From Bacteroidota bacterium (lineage in GTDB: Bacteria > Bacteroidota > Ignavibacteria > Ignavibacteriales > Melioribacteraceae), in contig JAJYXU010000096.1 in NCBI GenBank assembly GCA_021801605.1, positions 12,290-76,289 of the forward strand: a DNA stretch of 64,000 nt, in the 5' to 3' direction. Shown here piece by piece: positions 41,252 to 51,532 of the stretch. How positions within the stretch are numbered: position 1 is the first letter of the stretch; each line of letters begins with the position of its first letter. A program made the position numbers and the translations under genes. The notes beneath the pieces are model-generated. The model saw nothing but the letters and a program-made list of their open reading frames with translations. It did not search any database and was not told the origin of the DNA.

Positions 41252-41671
41252 ATGTTAATGCCCAAAAGAGTAAAGTTTCGTAAAGCACATAGAGGTAGAA
41301 GGGCCGGTAAAGCAACCCGCGGTCATCTTGTTAACTTTGGCGATTACGGTTTGAAAGCATTGGAACCAGCATGGATCACAAGCAGACAGATTGAAGCATG
41401 CCGTGTTGCTCTTTCCCGTCATATGAAGAGAGACGGAAAAATGTGGATCAGAATTTTTCCTGATAAACCGGTCACCAAAAAACCTCTTGAAACAAGAATG
41501 GGTAAAGGTAAAGGCGCTCCTGAATTTTGGGTTGCCGTTGTTAAACCCGGAAGAATCATGTTTGAGATCGGCGGTATAGATAAGAAAACTGCTCATGAAG
41601 CGATGGCTATTGCTTCTCACAAGCTGCCAATTAAAACTAAAATTTGTCAACGTCCGGACTTAGAAGCATAA
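41252..41671 (+). CDS. rplP: 50S ribosomal protein L16
   Basis: 139 aa; [16 protein letters not shown]. Confidence 0.96.
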   Translation: MLMPKRVKFRKAHRGRRAGKATRGHLVNFGDYGLKALEPAWITSRQIEACRVALSRHMKRDGKMWIRIFPDKPVTKKPLETRMGKGKGAPEFWVAVVKPGRIMFEIGGIDKKTAHEAMAIASHKLPIKTKICQRPDLEA

Positions 41672-41686
41672 AAGGATTTAACGAAA

Positions 41687-41905
41687 ATGAAGATTTTTGA
41701 AATTAGAGAAATGTCTACAGAAGAGATCAAGAAAAGAATTTTTGAAGATCAAAAAAATCTTGTGGACTTAAATTTTCAGCAGGAATTAAAAAACTTAACA
41801 AATACTGCTAAACTGCATTCGGTTAAAAAAGATATCGCCAAGATGAAAACAATTCTTAAAGAGCGAGAAATGCAGGAAGCAAAAAACTCAAAGGCAAAAA
41901 AATAA
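41687..41905 (+). CDS. rpmC: 50S ribosomal protein L29
   Basis: 72 aa. Slot between rplP and rpsQ; [14 protein letters not shown]. Confidence 0.92.
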   Translation: MKIFEIREMSTEEIKKRIFEDQKNLVDLNFQQELKNLTNTAKLHSVKKDIAKMKTILKEREMQEAKNSKAKK

Positions 41906-41922
41906 GGAGTATTCGAGTTCCT

Positions 41923-42180
41923 ATGGAGAAAAGAAGTTTAAGAAAAACCAGGATCGGTACTGTTGTTAGTAACAAAATGCAGAAAAGTATAATCGTTGCC
42001 ATAGAAAGACAGGTGGCTCATCCTATTTATAAAAAATATTTCAAAAAGACCACTAAACTAATGGCTCACGACGAAAAACAGGAATGTAAGATTGGTGATG
42101 TCGTAAAGATTATGGAAACACGTCCTTTGAGTAAAAGAAAAAATTGGCGCTTGGTTCAAATTGTTGAAAAAGCCAAGTAA
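41923..42180 (+). CDS. rpsQ: 30S ribosomal protein S17
   Basis: 85 aa; [18 protein letters not shown]...[23 protein letters not shown]. Confidence 0.95.
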   Translation: MEKRSLRKTRIGTVVSNKMQKSIIVAIERQVAHPIYKKYFKKTTKLMAHDEKQECKIGDVVKIMETRPLSKRKNWRLVQIVEKAK

Positions 42181-42205
42181 TAAAAGTTTGAGGAGCAGAT
42201 AAACA

Positions 42206-42574
42206 ATGGTACAAGAAGAAACTAATTTAATTGTAGCGGATAATTCCGGCGCTAAAAAGGTACAATGCATTCGTGTACTTGGCGGCAGCGACCGTCGTTA
42301 TGCGAGTGTTGGCGATGTTATCGTTGTGAGCGTAAAGTCTGCAATTCCTGGCGGCGGTGTTAAGAAAGGCGAAGTTAGCCGTGCAGTAGTTGTTAGAACA
42401 AAAAAAGAAGTTAGAAGAAACGACGGCTCTTATATTCGCTTCGACGAAAATGCTGCGGTTCTTTTAAACGCTCAAGGCGAACCTAAAGGTACCCGTATAT
42501 TCGGTCCCGTTGCAAGAGAACTCAGAGATAAGAAATTCATGAAAATTATCTCGCTAGCTCCAGAAGTATTATAA
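42206..42574 (+). CDS. rplN: 50S ribosomal protein L14
   Basis: 122 aa; [27 protein letters not shown]. Confidence 0.96.
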   Translation: MVQEETNLIVADNSGAKKVQCIRVLGGSDRRYASVGDVIVVSVKSAIPGGGVKKGEVSRAVVVRTKKEVRRNDGSYIRFDENAAVLLNAQGEPKGTRIFGPVARELRDKKFMKIISLAPEVL

Positions 42575-42585
42575 GGATAGAGAAA

Positions 42586-42912
42586 ATGAAGATTAGAAAA
42601 AATGATTCAGTAGTAGTTATAGCCGGAAATAGTAAGGGCAAAACTGGAAAAGTCTTAAAAGTATTTCCAGTAAAGAACCGTGTTATTGTCGAAGGTATTA
42701 ATCTTCGTAAACGACACACTAAACCGAGTCAGAAATCTCCTCAAGGTGGAATTACTGAAAAGGAAGCTCCAATTAATGTTTCTAATGTTATGATATTGGA
42801 TCCAAAGACGAATGAAAAAACAAGAATTGGTGCAAAACTTATTATAGATGAAAAAACAGGCAAGAAGAGAAGCGTTAGAATTAGCAGAACTAGCGGTGAA
42901 ATGATTGCTTAA
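42586..42912 (+). CDS. rplX: 50S ribosomal protein L24
   Basis: 108 aa; KOW motif [22 protein letters not shown]. Confidence 0.95.
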   Translation: MKIRKNDSVVVIAGNSKGKTGKVLKVFPVKNRVIVEGINLRKRHTKPSQKSPQGGITEKEAPINVSNVMILDPKTNEKTRIGAKLIIDEKTGKKRSVRISRTSGEMIA

Positions 42913-42955
42913 TAAATTCGCTGTGGCGAATAAATTTTAAGGATAAGTAATTACG

Positions 42956-43615
42956 ATGGCAAAAGAACCAAAAGAAAAGAAAGAGCAGAAAGAAGTTAAA
43001 GAGAAAAAGGTTAAGGTTGTTGAAGAAAAAAAACCAGCAGCCAAAGTTATTCAACCAAAAATTCCGGCTCGATTAAAAGAAAAATATCAGAAAGAGATTG
43101 TTCCAAAGTTACGCGAACAATTTGCTTATAAGAGCATAATGGAAGTTCCCAAGCTCGAAAAAATTGTTGTAAATATGGGTGTTGGTCAAGCTGCTTCCGA
43201 TGCAAAAATTTTAGATGAAGCCGTTCGCGATCTAGAAACCATTTCCGGTCAGAAGCCATCTGTTAGAATTGCAAAGAAAGCTATCTCTAACTTTAAGCTG
43301 CGTGAGGGTATGAAGATTGGTGCTAAGGTTACCTTAAGAAGAGAAATGATGTATGAATTTTTAGACCGCTTTATTTCACTTGCTTTGCCACGTGTGCGCG
43401 ATTTTAGAGGCATTCCGGATAAATCTTTTGACGGAAGAGGCAACTATACACTTGGATTAAAAGAACAGATCATATTTCCGGAAATCAATGTTGATAAGGT
43501 AACAAAGATTTTAGGAATGGATATAACATTCGTTACAACGGCAAAGACAGATAAAGAAGCTCTTGAATTATTGGCAGCTTTCGGTATGCCGTTTAGAAAA
43601 AAAGAAATTAATTAA
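42956..43615 (+). CDS. rplE: 50S ribosomal protein L5 with Lys/Glu-rich N-terminal extension
   Basis: 219 aa. The canonical L5 core starts near [14 protein letters not shown]...[14 protein letters not shown]. It is preceded by ~37 aa, [35 protein letters not shown]. There is no alternative in-frame ATG/GTG/TTG nearer the core. Confidence 0.93.
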   Translation: MAKEPKEKKEQKEVKEKKVKVVEEKKPAAKVIQPKIPARLKEKYQKEIVPKLREQFAYKSIMEVPKLEKIVVNMGVGQAASDAKILDEAVRDLETISGQKPSVRIAKKAISNFKLREGMKIGAKVTLRREMMYEFLDRFISLALPRVRDFRGIPDKSFDGRGNYTLGLKEQIIFPEINVDKVTKILGMDITFVTTAKTDKEALELLAAFGMPFRKKEIN

Positions 43616-43624
43616 AGGGAAGAC

Positions 43625-43894
43625 ATGGCAAGAAAAAGTTTGCTCGCGCGCGAAGATAAAAGAAAAGCCCTTATAGATAAATTTGCGGCGCGTAGAAAAG
43701 AATTGAAAGAGAAGGGTGATTATGAGGGCTTACAGCTTCTTCCAAGAAATTCTGCCCCCACCCGTTTACATAACAGATGTAAAATGACCGGAAGACCGAG
43801 AGCGTATTACAGAAAATTTGGTGTCTCTCGTTTAGTTCTACGCGAAATGGCTTTACGCGGTTTAATCCCTGGTCTTAAAAAAGCAAGTTGGTAA
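43625..43894 (+). CDS. rpsN: 30S ribosomal protein S14 (89 aa; no Cys pairs, so zinc-free)
   Basis: 89 aa; [29 protein letters not shown]. Confidence 0.95.
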   Translation: MARKSLLAREDKRKALIDKFAARRKELKEKGDYEGLQLLPRNSAPTRLHNRCKMTGRPRAYYRKFGVSRLVLREMALRGLIPGLKKASW

Positions 43895-43911
43895 CCGAAG
43901 GAGAAATGTAA

Positions 43912-44307
43912 ATGCATACTACCGATCCGATTGCGGATTTTTTAACGCGAATTAGAAATGCTGTTAAAGCAAAAAAGAAATTTGTTGATATCCCTTCTTC
44001 AAAAATGAAGATCAGCTTAGCAGAAATTTTGAAAAATAATAAATTCATTAAAGACTATAATGTTGTTGAAGACGATAAACAAAATGTTCTAAGAGTTCAT
44101 CTTCAATATGTTAACGGCGCTCCTTCAATTACCGGTATCAGAAGAATTTCTACACCGGGCTTGAAAAGATATGTAAGCAAAGAAAAACTTCCGCGAGTGT
44201 TGAACGGACTTGGAATTGCAGTTCTCTCTACACCGAAAGGTTTGTTATCAGATAAACAAGCAAAACGAGAGGCAGTCGGCGGAGAAGTTATCTGCCACGT
44301 TTGGTAA
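43912..44307 (+). CDS. rpsH: 30S ribosomal protein S8
   Basis: 131 aa; DPIADFLTRIRNA. Confidence 0.96.
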   Translation: MHTTDPIADFLTRIRNAVKAKKKFVDIPSSKMKISLAEILKNNKFIKDYNVVEDDKQNVLRVHLQYVNGAPSITGIRRISTPGLKRYVSKEKLPRVLNGLGIAVLSTPKGLLSDKQAKREAVGGEVICHVW

Positions 44308-44330
44308 AAAAATTTTAAGAGGAAAAGAAA

Positions 44331-44867
44331 TTGTCACGTATAGGTAAAAAACCAATTCCCATTAAAGATGTAACTATAACCAAAACCGGTGATGCTATTA
44401 AAGTTAAAGGCAAACTCGGCGAACTGGAAATGAAGATACATCCAAACATCAAAGTTGATGTTACTAAAGAAGAAATTGTTGTTACAAGACCAAACGATTT
44501 CAAAGAGAACAGAGCGCTTCATGGATTAACGCGCGCTTTGATCAATAACATGGTTTTAGGTGTTACTGTAGGATATTCAAAATCATTGGACATTGTTGGC
44601 GTTGGTTACAAAGCAGAAGCAAAAGGTGAAGCCGTTTTATTCACTATCGGTTACTCACACCCAATTTTATTTATGCCTCCGGCAGGAATAAAAATTGATG
44701 TCCCGGCTCCAACGCAAGTAAAAATTTCGGGTTATGATAAAGAACTGGTTGGCTTAATTGCAGCAAAGATCAGATCGTTCAGAAAACCAGAACCTTATAA
44801 AGGCAAGGGTATTAAATACTCAAACGAAGTTATTGTTCGTAAAGCAGGCAAGACAGCCGGTAAGTAA
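44331..44867 (+). CDS. rplF: 50S ribosomal protein L6
   Basis: 178 aa with a TTG start; SRIGKKPIPIKDVTI. Confidence 0.95.
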   Translation: MSRIGKKPIPIKDVTITKTGDAIKVKGKLGELEMKIHPNIKVDVTKEEIVVTRPNDFKENRALHGLTRALINNMVLGVTVGYSKSLDIVGVGYKAEAKGEAVLFTIGYSHPILFMPPAGIKIDVPAPTQVKISGYDKELVGLIAAKIRSFRKPEPYKGKGIKYSNEVIVRKAGKTAGK

Positions 44868-44883
44868 TAGGAGAAATTGAAAA

Positions 44884-45249
44884 ATGTTTTTGAGAGACAC
44901 TACACATAGAGCTACAAAGAAAGCAAGAATTCGTAGAAAGATTTCCGGCACTGCTGAACGTCCGCGTCTATCAATTTTTAGAAGCGCTAATAATATGTAT
45001 GCTCAATTAATTGATGATGTGAAAGGAACTACTTTGCTTGAAGCTTCTTCTTTGGCAAAGGAACTTGCTGAAGAATTGAAAGACTCTAAAGGGAAAATTT
45101 CTAAAAGTAAAGCAGTTGGAAAATTGCTGGCAAAGAGAGCAATTGATAAGGGAATTACAACAGCCGTGTTTGATAGAAGCGGTTATCGCTATCATGGCAG
45201 AGTTCAAGCTGTTGCAGAAGGTGCCCGCGAAGGCGGCATGAAATTGTAA
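44884..45249 (+). CDS. rplR: 50S ribosomal protein L18
   Basis: 121 aa; [20 protein letters not shown]...[23 protein letters not shown]. Confidence 0.95.
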   Translation: MFLRDTTHRATKKARIRRKISGTAERPRLSIFRSANNMYAQLIDDVKGTTLLEASSLAKELAEELKDSKGKISKSKAVGKLLAKRAIDKGITTAVFDRSGYRYHGRVQAVAEGAREGGMKL

Positions 45250-45253
45250 GGAT

Positions 45254-45327
45254 TGCCGGGTCGTCTAATGGCAGGACAACGCCCTTTGGAGGCGTCTGTA
45301 GAGGTTCGACTCCTCTCCCGGCAGCCA
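45254..45327 (+). tRNA. tRNA-Gln (anticodon TTG) embedded in the spc operon, CCA encoded
   Basis: Manual fold: TGCCGGG-TC-GTCT-AATGGCA-GGAC-A-ACGCC-CTTTGGA-GGCGT-CTGT-AGAGG-TTCGACT-CCTCT-CCCGGCA-G-CCA. It has the U1:A72 pair and G73 discriminator typical of bacterial tRNA-Gln. Starts 4 nt after the rplR stop. Confidence 0.88.
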
Positions 45328-45382
45328 GAAAATTAGACGATTCAAAAAAGATTATATAAGCTAGTTAACAAGGGAGTTAAAA

Positions 45383-45895
45383 TTGAATTTCAAGTACAAA
45401 AAAGTATCGGGTCTTGAGAATCTTAAAGAAAAAATTGTTCACATTAACAGAGTTGCTAAAGTTGTTAAAGGTGGTAGAAGATTCAGCTTTAATGCAATTG
45501 TTGTAGTGGGAGATTCAAATGGTCACGTTGGTGTTGGTCTTGGTAAAGCAAACGAAGTTACCGATGCAATTTCGAAAGGCATAGACGACGCTAAGAAAAA
45601 CGTTTATAGAGTTTCAATCATCAAAGGAACTATTCCTCATGCAATCACTGGAAAGTTTGGCGCCGGATCGGTTTTATTGAAACCGGCAACACCCGGTACC
45701 GGTTTGATTGCTGGCGGTGGAGTTCGTGCTGTGCTCGAAGCTGCAGGAGTTCAAGATATTCTGACCAAGTCACTCGGTTCAAGCAATCCGCATAATCAAG
45801 TTAAAGCAACTTTAGATGCGTTGTTAAATCTTGTTGATGCAAGAACTATGGCGCGTAAACGCGGATTAAAAGTAACTGAGTTATTCAATCTGTAA
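45383..45895 (+). CDS. rpsE: 30S ribosomal protein S5
   Basis: 170 aa with a TTG start and AAGGGAG RBS; [24 protein letters not shown]. Confidence 0.95.
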   Translation: MNFKYKKVSGLENLKEKIVHINRVAKVVKGGRRFSFNAIVVVGDSNGHVGVGLGKANEVTDAISKGIDDAKKNVYRVSIIKGTIPHAITGKFGAGSVLLKPATPGTGLIAGGGVRAVLEAAGVQDILTKSLGSSNPHNQVKATLDALLNLVDARTMARKRGLKVTELFNL

Positions 45896-45905
45896 TTTTG
45901 AGGTT

Positions 45906-46097
45906 ATGATGGTAAAGAAAATAAAAATTATTCAAACAGGAAGTGTTATAGATCGCCCCGTTCCCCAAAAGAGAACAATTGAAGCGTTAGGTCTTGCCAG
46001 ACCAAATCATTTTGTAATAAAGAATGATACGCCTCAAATTAGAGGAATGATTAAAAAAGTACACCATCTTGTAAAAGTCGAAGAAATTGAAGCGTAA
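45906..46097 (+). CDS. rpmD: 50S ribosomal protein L30
   Basis: 63 aa. Slot between rpsE and rplO; IKIIQTGSVIDRPVPQKRTIEALGL. Confidence 0.92.
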   Translation: MMVKKIKIIQTGSVIDRPVPQKRTIEALGLARPNHFVIKNDTPQIRGMIKKVHHLVKVEEIEA

Positions 46098-46105
46098 GGT
46101 GATAA

Positions 46106-46570
46106 ATGAATATTCTAAGTAATCTGAAACCTGCAAAAGGTTCGAACAAAAAAGTAAAAAGAATTGGTCGCGGCGAAGGTTCCGGTCATGGCGGAACAGC
46201 AACACGCGGAGAGAATGGTCAACGTTCACGTGCAGGCGCTAAATTTCCTGCATGGTTTGAGGGTGGTCAAATGCCGCTTCAAAGAAGAATTCCAAAGAGA
46301 GGATTTCACAGCCCATTCAAAATTGTTAATCAGGTAATTAATCTTACAACTTTGCAGAGATTAGTTGATGAGAAGAAAATTCAGGATGGTGAAGTAAACG
46401 CTGTTTCTTTATACAAGAGCGGTGCAATTTCCAAAGCAGCAGCTCCGTATAAAATTCTTGCTCAGGGTGAGTTAAAAGCAAAATTAAATATCGAAGCGAA
46501 TTATTTTAGCGCAACGGCTAAAGAAAAAATTGAATCGGTCGGTGGAACCATCAAAGAGATTAAATTCTAA
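46106..46570 (+). CDS. rplO: 50S ribosomal protein L15
   Basis: 154 aa; LKPAKGSNKKVKRIGRGEGSGHGGTATRG. Confidence 0.95.
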   Translation: MNILSNLKPAKGSNKKVKRIGRGEGSGHGGTATRGENGQRSRAGAKFPAWFEGGQMPLQRRIPKRGFHSPFKIVNQVINLTTLQRLVDEKKIQDGEVNAVSLYKSGAISKAAAPYKILAQGELKAKLNIEANYFSATAKEKIESVGGTIKEIKF

Positions 46571-47907
46571 TGGCTAAATTTCAAGAAACATTCCGGAATA
46601 TTTTTAAGATTCATGAATTACGCCAGAGAATAATTTACACTTTAGCTCTGCTCGTAATTGTAAGAATTGGAACTCACATCACCCTGCCGGGCATTGATAC
46701 TTCGCTACTGCATGAGGCAACTAAAAATCAATCCACCGATAATTTATTCGGTCTATATGATTTATTTGTTGGCGGTGCATTTTCTAATGCGGCAGTACTC
46801 GCACTTGGAATTATGCCTTATATATCGGCATCTATTATTTTACAGATTGCCGGTGCGGTAATTCCGTATTTTCAAAAGCTTCAGCGAGAGGGTGAAGAGG
46901 GAAGAAAAAAATTAACACAACTCACACGTTATGGAACGGTTATAATTTCTGCTTTTCAGGCATGGGGTGTTACAATTCACCTTTTGAGCATTCATTCTAA
47001 TAATGCACCAATAGTTCCAGAAGCTGTACGGGGCGTTCTCTGGACTTTATCAGCGGTTGTAATTCTTGTTGCCGGAACTATGTTCATTATGTGGATGGGC
47101 GAGCAAATTACCGAAAAAGGAATTGGAAACGGTATTTCACTCATAATTTTTATCGGCATCATCAACCGTTTTCCTTTTGCATTACTTGATGAATACAGAT
47201 TAATTGCAAGCGGTCAGCGCAATATTGTTATTGAAGTTGTTATTCTTGCATTCATGGTTTTAATTATTGCAGGGGTTGTTCTTGTTACGCAAGGAACAAG
47301 GAGAATTCCGGTTCAATATGCAAAAAGAGTTGTTGGCAGAAAAGTTTACGGCGGAGTTACTCAATACATTCCTTTAAAAGTTAATACTGCCGGAGTTATG
47401 CCGATTATATTTGCTCAATCAATTATGTTTATACCGGCAACATTGTTCTCGTTTTTCCCGAATAATGAATTCATTGCATCTGTTGCTCAATATTTTACAC
47501 CAAGAAGTTTAACGTACTCGTTCTTTTATGCTTTGATGATCATCTTCTTTACTTATTTCTACACAGCAATTGCATTCAATCCGCAAGATGTTGCAGAAAA
47601 TATGAAGAAGCAGGGCGGCTTTATTCCAGGTATTCGTCCCGGTAAACAAACCGCAGATTTTGTTGATAATATTTTAACCAAGATTACATTACCAGGCTCA
47701 GTATTTTTAGCTATCATTGCAATATTACCAACATTTATTATGAGGTTCGGAGTTTCACAAAGCTTTGGATCTTTCTTTGGTGGTACAAGTCTATTAATTA
47801 TTGTAGGCGTTGCATTAGATACTTTACAGCAAGTTGAATCTCATCTACTGATGAGGCATTACGATGGATTCATGAAATCCGGAAAACTAAAAGGAAGAAG
47901 ATTCTAG
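46570..47907 (+). CDS. secY: preprotein translocase subunit SecY
   Basis: 445 aa, 10-TM protein; GIMPYISASIILQ motif. Follows rplO. Confidence 0.96.
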   Translation: MAKFQETFRNIFKIHELRQRIIYTLALLVIVRIGTHITLPGIDTSLLHEATKNQSTDNLFGLYDLFVGGAFSNAAVLALGIMPYISASIILQIAGAVIPYFQKLQREGEEGRKKLTQLTRYGTVIISAFQAWGVTIHLLSIHSNNAPIVPEAVRGVLWTLSAVVILVAGTMFIMWMGEQITEKGIGNGISLIIFIGIINRFPFALLDEYRLIASGQRNIVIEVVILAFMVLIIAGVVLVTQGTRRIPVQYAKRVVGRKVYGGVTQYIPLKVNTAGVMPIIFAQSIMFIPATLFSFFPNNEFIASVAQYFTPRSLTYSFFYALMIIFFTYFYTAIAFNPQDVAENMKKQGGFIPGIRPGKQTADFVDNILTKITLPGSVFLAIIAILPTFIMRFGVSQSFGSFFGGTSLLIIVGVALDTLQQVESHLLMRHYDGFMKSGKLKGRRF

Positions 47908-47915
47908 ATTAGATA

Positions 47916-48680
47916 GTGATATTAATAAAAAACAAACGCGAAATAGATTACATTCGTGAAAGCTGCAAAATAGTAGCAGAGACATTACAATTAGTGAAGC
48001 GTAACGTCAGAATTGGCGTAACGACACAGGAACTGGATAAAATTGCCGAAGATTATATTTTAAGCAATAACGCTCGTCCCGCATTCAAAGGTTATTCGCA
48101 AGCGGGCTCGCTCGATTTTCCAGGCTCAATTTGTTCTTCAATTGATAATGAAGTTGTTCACGGTATTCCCGGCAACAGAGTTTTGGAAGAAGGCGAAATT
48201 TTATCTATTGATATTGGTGTCGAAAAAAATGGATATTTTGGAGACGCGGCTCTTTCGATAGCAGTTGGGAAAATTTCCGACGAAAAACAGAAACTGATGG
48301 ATATAACTGAGAAATCTTTGTATCTCGGTATTGATCAGGCTGTAGAAAAAAATCGAATTGGCGATATTGCAAACGCAATTCAAACTTATGTTGAGAAAAA
48401 CGGATTTTCGGTTGTGCGGGATTTATGCGGGCATGGAGTTGGAAAACATCTTCATGAAGATCCTCAAATTCCAAACTATGGAAAAAAAGGAAGCGGGGCT
48501 GTTCTTAAAAACGGAATGACATTAGCTTTGGAACCGATGGTTAACATGGGCTCTTATAAAGTTGTTGTTGCTGAAGATGGATGGACTGTATTAACAGCAG
48601 ACGGGAAACCTTCGGCACATTTTGAACATACAATTTCAATTATTGATGGTAAACCAGAAATTTTAACGAAGTGTGAATAG
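47916..48680 (+). CDS. map: type I methionine aminopeptidase
   Basis: 254 aa with a GTG start. Metal-ligand context DIGVEKNGYFGDAA, GHGVG, ALEPM, EHT. Follows secY directly, with no adk in between. Confidence 0.93.
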   Translation: MILIKNKREIDYIRESCKIVAETLQLVKRNVRIGVTTQELDKIAEDYILSNNARPAFKGYSQAGSLDFPGSICSSIDNEVVHGIPGNRVLEEGEILSIDIGVEKNGYFGDAALSIAVGKISDEKQKLMDITEKSLYLGIDQAVEKNRIGDIANAIQTYVEKNGFSVVRDLCGHGVGKHLHEDPQIPNYGKKGSGAVLKNGMTLALEPMVNMGSYKVVVAEDGWTVLTADGKPSAHFEHTISIIDGKPEILTKCE

Positions 48681-48686
48681 AGATAG

Positions 48687-48905
48687 ATGGCGAAACAAGG
48701 ACCGATAAAAGTTGACGGAGTTGTAACCGACACATTGCCAAATGCACATTTTAAAGTCCGTCTTGATAACGGTCATGAAATTTTAGCACATATATCCGGT
48801 AAAATGAGAATGCACTTCATAAAAATTTTGGTTGGCGATAAAGTAGCAATAGAACTTTCGCCGTACGATTTGAATAAAGGTAGAATTACATACAGATATA
48901 AATAA
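48687..48905 (+). CDS. infA: translation initiation factor IF-1
   Basis: 72 aa; [31 protein letters not shown]. Confidence 0.96.
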   Translation: MAKQGPIKVDGVVTDTLPNAHFKVRLDNGHEILAHISGKMRMHFIKILVGDKVAIELSPYDLNKGRITYRYK

Positions 48906-48920
48906 CGGAGAAGAAATAAA

Positions 48921-49034
48921 ATGAAGGTCCGCTCATCTGTTCGCAAGATTTGTGAGAACTGTAAGATCATTAAAAGAAAAGGGGTTGTAAGAGTGATCTG
49001 CAAAAACCCTAAACACAAACAAAGACAAGGTTAA
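48921..49034 (+). CDS. rpmJ: 50S ribosomal protein L36
   Basis: 37-aa ORF not in the track: [37 protein letters not shown] (CxxC...C...H zinc ribbon). Confidence 0.92.
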   Translation: MKVRSSVRKICENCKIIKRKGVVRVICKNPKHKQRQG

Positions 49035-49052
49035 ACTTAGGAGGTTATAGAT

Positions 49053-49436
49053 TTGGCTCGTTTAGCTGGTGTTGATTTACCAAAAAATAAAAAAGCTTAC
49101 ATCGGGTTGACCTACATTTTTGGCATCGGTGATAAATCTTCTATGGAGATTCTTACCAAAGCCGGTGTAAATCCCGATAAAAAAGTTTCTGATCTGACCG
49201 AAGAAGAAATTGCAAAAATCCGTTCTGTAATGACTTCTGAGTATAGGGTTGAAGGTGCGCTTAGAAGCGAAGTCCAACAAAACATTAAGAGATTAATGGA
49301 TATTGGTTCTTATCGTGGTATTCGTCACAGAAGAGGCTTGCCTGTTCGCGGTCAACGTACTAGAACAAATTCTAGAACTCGTAAAGGTAAACGTAGAACT
49401 GTTGCCGGTAAAAAGAAAACTCCGGCTAAGAAGTAA
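49053..49436 (+). CDS. rpsM: 30S ribosomal protein S13
   Basis: 127 aa with a TTG start; [13 protein letters not shown]...[19 protein letters not shown]. Confidence 0.95.
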   Translation: MARLAGVDLPKNKKAYIGLTYIFGIGDKSSMEILTKAGVNPDKKVSDLTEEEIAKIRSVMTSEYRVEGALRSEVQQNIKRLMDIGSYRGIRHRRGLPVRGQRTRTNSRTRKGKRRTVAGKKKTPAKK

Positions 49437-49462
49437 TTAATAATTTTTTTTGAGGAGTAAAA

Positions 49463-49849
49463 TTGGCAAAAGTTGTAAAAAAGACTAAAAAGAAAGTTCA
49501 CGTTGATGCTGTTGGCGTGGCTCATATTAAAGCCTCATTCAATAACGTGTTGGTTACGCTAACTGATATTTACGGAAATACAATTTCTTGGTCCTCAGCC
49601 GGTAAAAACGGTTTCAAAGGTTCAAGAAAAAATACTCCGTTTGCTGCTCAGGTTACAGCAGAAGCTGCTGCTAAAGAAGCGCACGATTTAGGATTGAGAA
49701 AAGTTGATGTGTTCGTAAAAGGACCCGGATCCGGACGAGAAGCAGCAATTAGAGCATTGAGTACTGCAGGATTGGATATTCTTTCAATTAAAGATCAGAC
49801 TCCAATACCGCATAACGGATGCCGACCACCAAAACGAAGAAGAGTTTAA
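49463..49849 (+). CDS. rpsK: 30S ribosomal protein S11
   Basis: 128 aa with a TTG start; [18 protein letters not shown]...[15 protein letters not shown]. Confidence 0.95.
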   Translation: MAKVVKKTKKKVHVDAVGVAHIKASFNNVLVTLTDIYGNTISWSSAGKNGFKGSRKNTPFAAQVTAEAAAKEAHDLGLRKVDVFVKGPGSGREAAIRALSTAGLDILSIKDQTPIPHNGCRPPKRRRV

Positions 49850-49864
49850 TAGGAGAAACTTTAG

Positions 49865-50491
49865 ATGGCAAGATACACCGGTCCCAGTTGCAAATTATGC
49901 AGAAGGGAAAAACAGAAGTTATTTTTAAAAGGAACTAAATGTTTATCGGAAAAATGTCCGCTCGAACAAAAAAATTACGCTCCGGGTCAACATGGTTTAA
50001 CTCGCAGAGCAAAATTTTCTGAGTACGGCGTACAGCTAAGAGAAAAACAAAAGGTTAAGAGAATTTACGGATTAATGGAAACTCAGTTCCATAATATTTT
50101 TGAAACAGCTAACCGCCAGAAAGGTATTACCGGCGGTAACTTGATTAAGCTACTTGAAAGAAGATTGGACAATGTTGTATTTCGTCTTGGATTTGCGCCC
50201 TCTAGAAAATCAGCTCGTCAATTAGTTCTTCATGGACATTTCTGGGTAAACGGAAAGACTGTTGACATTCCATCTTATACTCTCGCACCCGGAGATTTAA
50301 TTTCTGTACGCGATAAGAGTAAAAAGCTGGATGCAATTCATAATTCCTTAAGAAGAACAAAAGACAACGTTTACAATTGGTTGTCTGTAGATAAAGCAAC
50401 TTTATCCGGCACTTTCTTAAATGTTCCGGAAAGAGAAGACATTCCATTGAATGCTAACGAACAATTAATTGTTGAGTTGTATTCTAAGTAA
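49865..50491 (+). CDS. rpsD: 30S ribosomal protein S4
   Basis: 208 aa; [14 protein letters not shown]; S4 RNA-binding domain [12 protein letters not shown]. Confidence 0.96.
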   Translation: MARYTGPSCKLCRREKQKLFLKGTKCLSEKCPLEQKNYAPGQHGLTRRAKFSEYGVQLREKQKVKRIYGLMETQFHNIFETANRQKGITGGNLIKLLERRLDNVVFRLGFAPSRKSARQLVLHGHFWVNGKTVDIPSYTLAPGDLISVRDKSKKLDAIHNSLRRTKDNVYNWLSVDKATLSGTFLNVPEREDIPLNANEQLIVELYSK

Positions 50492-50517
50492 TTAATAAAA
50501 ATTAAAGAGGATACTAA

Positions 50518-51513
50518 ATGAGCTATCCATTTATAAAAATGCCAGATGGCGTTGTTCTCGATGAATCATCATCTAAAGAGAATTTTGGAAGATTTATAGT
50601 TCAACCTCTCGAAAGAGGTTTTGGCGTTACACTGGGCAATGCCCTTAGAAGAGTATTATTGTCATCCTTAACCGGTGCTGCAATTAATGCTGTTAAAATT
50701 GAAGGCGTTCTTCATGAATTTTCTACCATACCAGGTGTGGTTGAAGACGTTACCGAACTTATTCTTAACTTGAAACAAGTTAGAATGAGAATTGTGAACA
50801 AGAAAACTACCGGCTGCGAAATTTCTCTCAGCGGTTCAAAAGAATTTAAAGCCGGCGATATCCAAAAATATTGCCCGGATATAGAAATCTTAAATCCGGA
50901 TCTTCATATTGCAAGATTGAATTCTGATGCAAAGTTGAACATGGAATTACGGTTTGGAATTGGCAAAGGATATGTCCCTTCATTAGAGCAGAAAATTCTT
51001 GAAATGACTATTGGAACCATTCCTATTGATTCGATTTATACACCGATTGTCAATTGCCGCTACGATGTAGAAAACGTTCGTATAGGCGAAAAGAATGATT
51101 TTGAAAAACTTTCGTTCGAAATTCAAACTGATGGTTCTATAACTCCCGAAGAAGCTCTTTCAAGTTCTGCAAAAATTTTGAAAGATCACATCCAGATGTT
51201 CATCAACTTTGATGCGGAACCCGAAGAAGAAAAAGTTGAAAATGAAAAAGATGTTGAAGCAGAGAGAATCAAAAAGATTTTATTGACAAGTGTTGATGAT
51301 CTCGAATTGAGTGTTCGTTCTCATAACTGCTTGAAAGCCGCAAACATTAAAAATTTATCTGATCTTGTTAGGAAAGATGAAAGCGAAATGCTGAAGTTCA
51401 GAAACTTCGGAAGAAAATCTTTAGCCGAATTGATTGAGATCGTTGATAATCACGGACTCGAGTTCGGTATGGACGTTGATAAATACATAAAAGATAAACC
51501 AGAAAACAATTAG
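50518..51513 (+). CDS. rpoA: DNA-directed RNA polymerase subunit alpha
   Basis: 331 aa; FIVQPLERGFGVTLGNALRRVLLSSL; C-terminal domain LELSVRSHNCLKAANI. Confidence 0.96.
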   Translation: MSYPFIKMPDGVVLDESSSKENFGRFIVQPLERGFGVTLGNALRRVLLSSLTGAAINAVKIEGVLHEFSTIPGVVEDVTELILNLKQVRMRIVNKKTTGCEISLSGSKEFKAGDIQKYCPDIEILNPDLHIARLNSDAKLNMELRFGIGKGYVPSLEQKILEMTIGTIPIDSIYTPIVNCRYDVENVRIGEKNDFEKLSFEIQTDGSITPEEALSSSAKILKDHIQMFINFDAEPEEEKVENEKDVEAERIKKILLTSVDDLELSVRSHNCLKAANIKNLSDLVRKDESEMLKFRNFGRKSLAELIEIVDNHGLEFGMDVDKYIKDKPENN

Positions 51514-51532
51514 TATTCCATAAGGTTGAAGA

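Noticed and set aside
41255-41650. 131-aa ORF antisense to rplP
   Set aside because: It lies wholly inside the highly conserved L16 gene on the opposite strand, and its product has no recognisable features.
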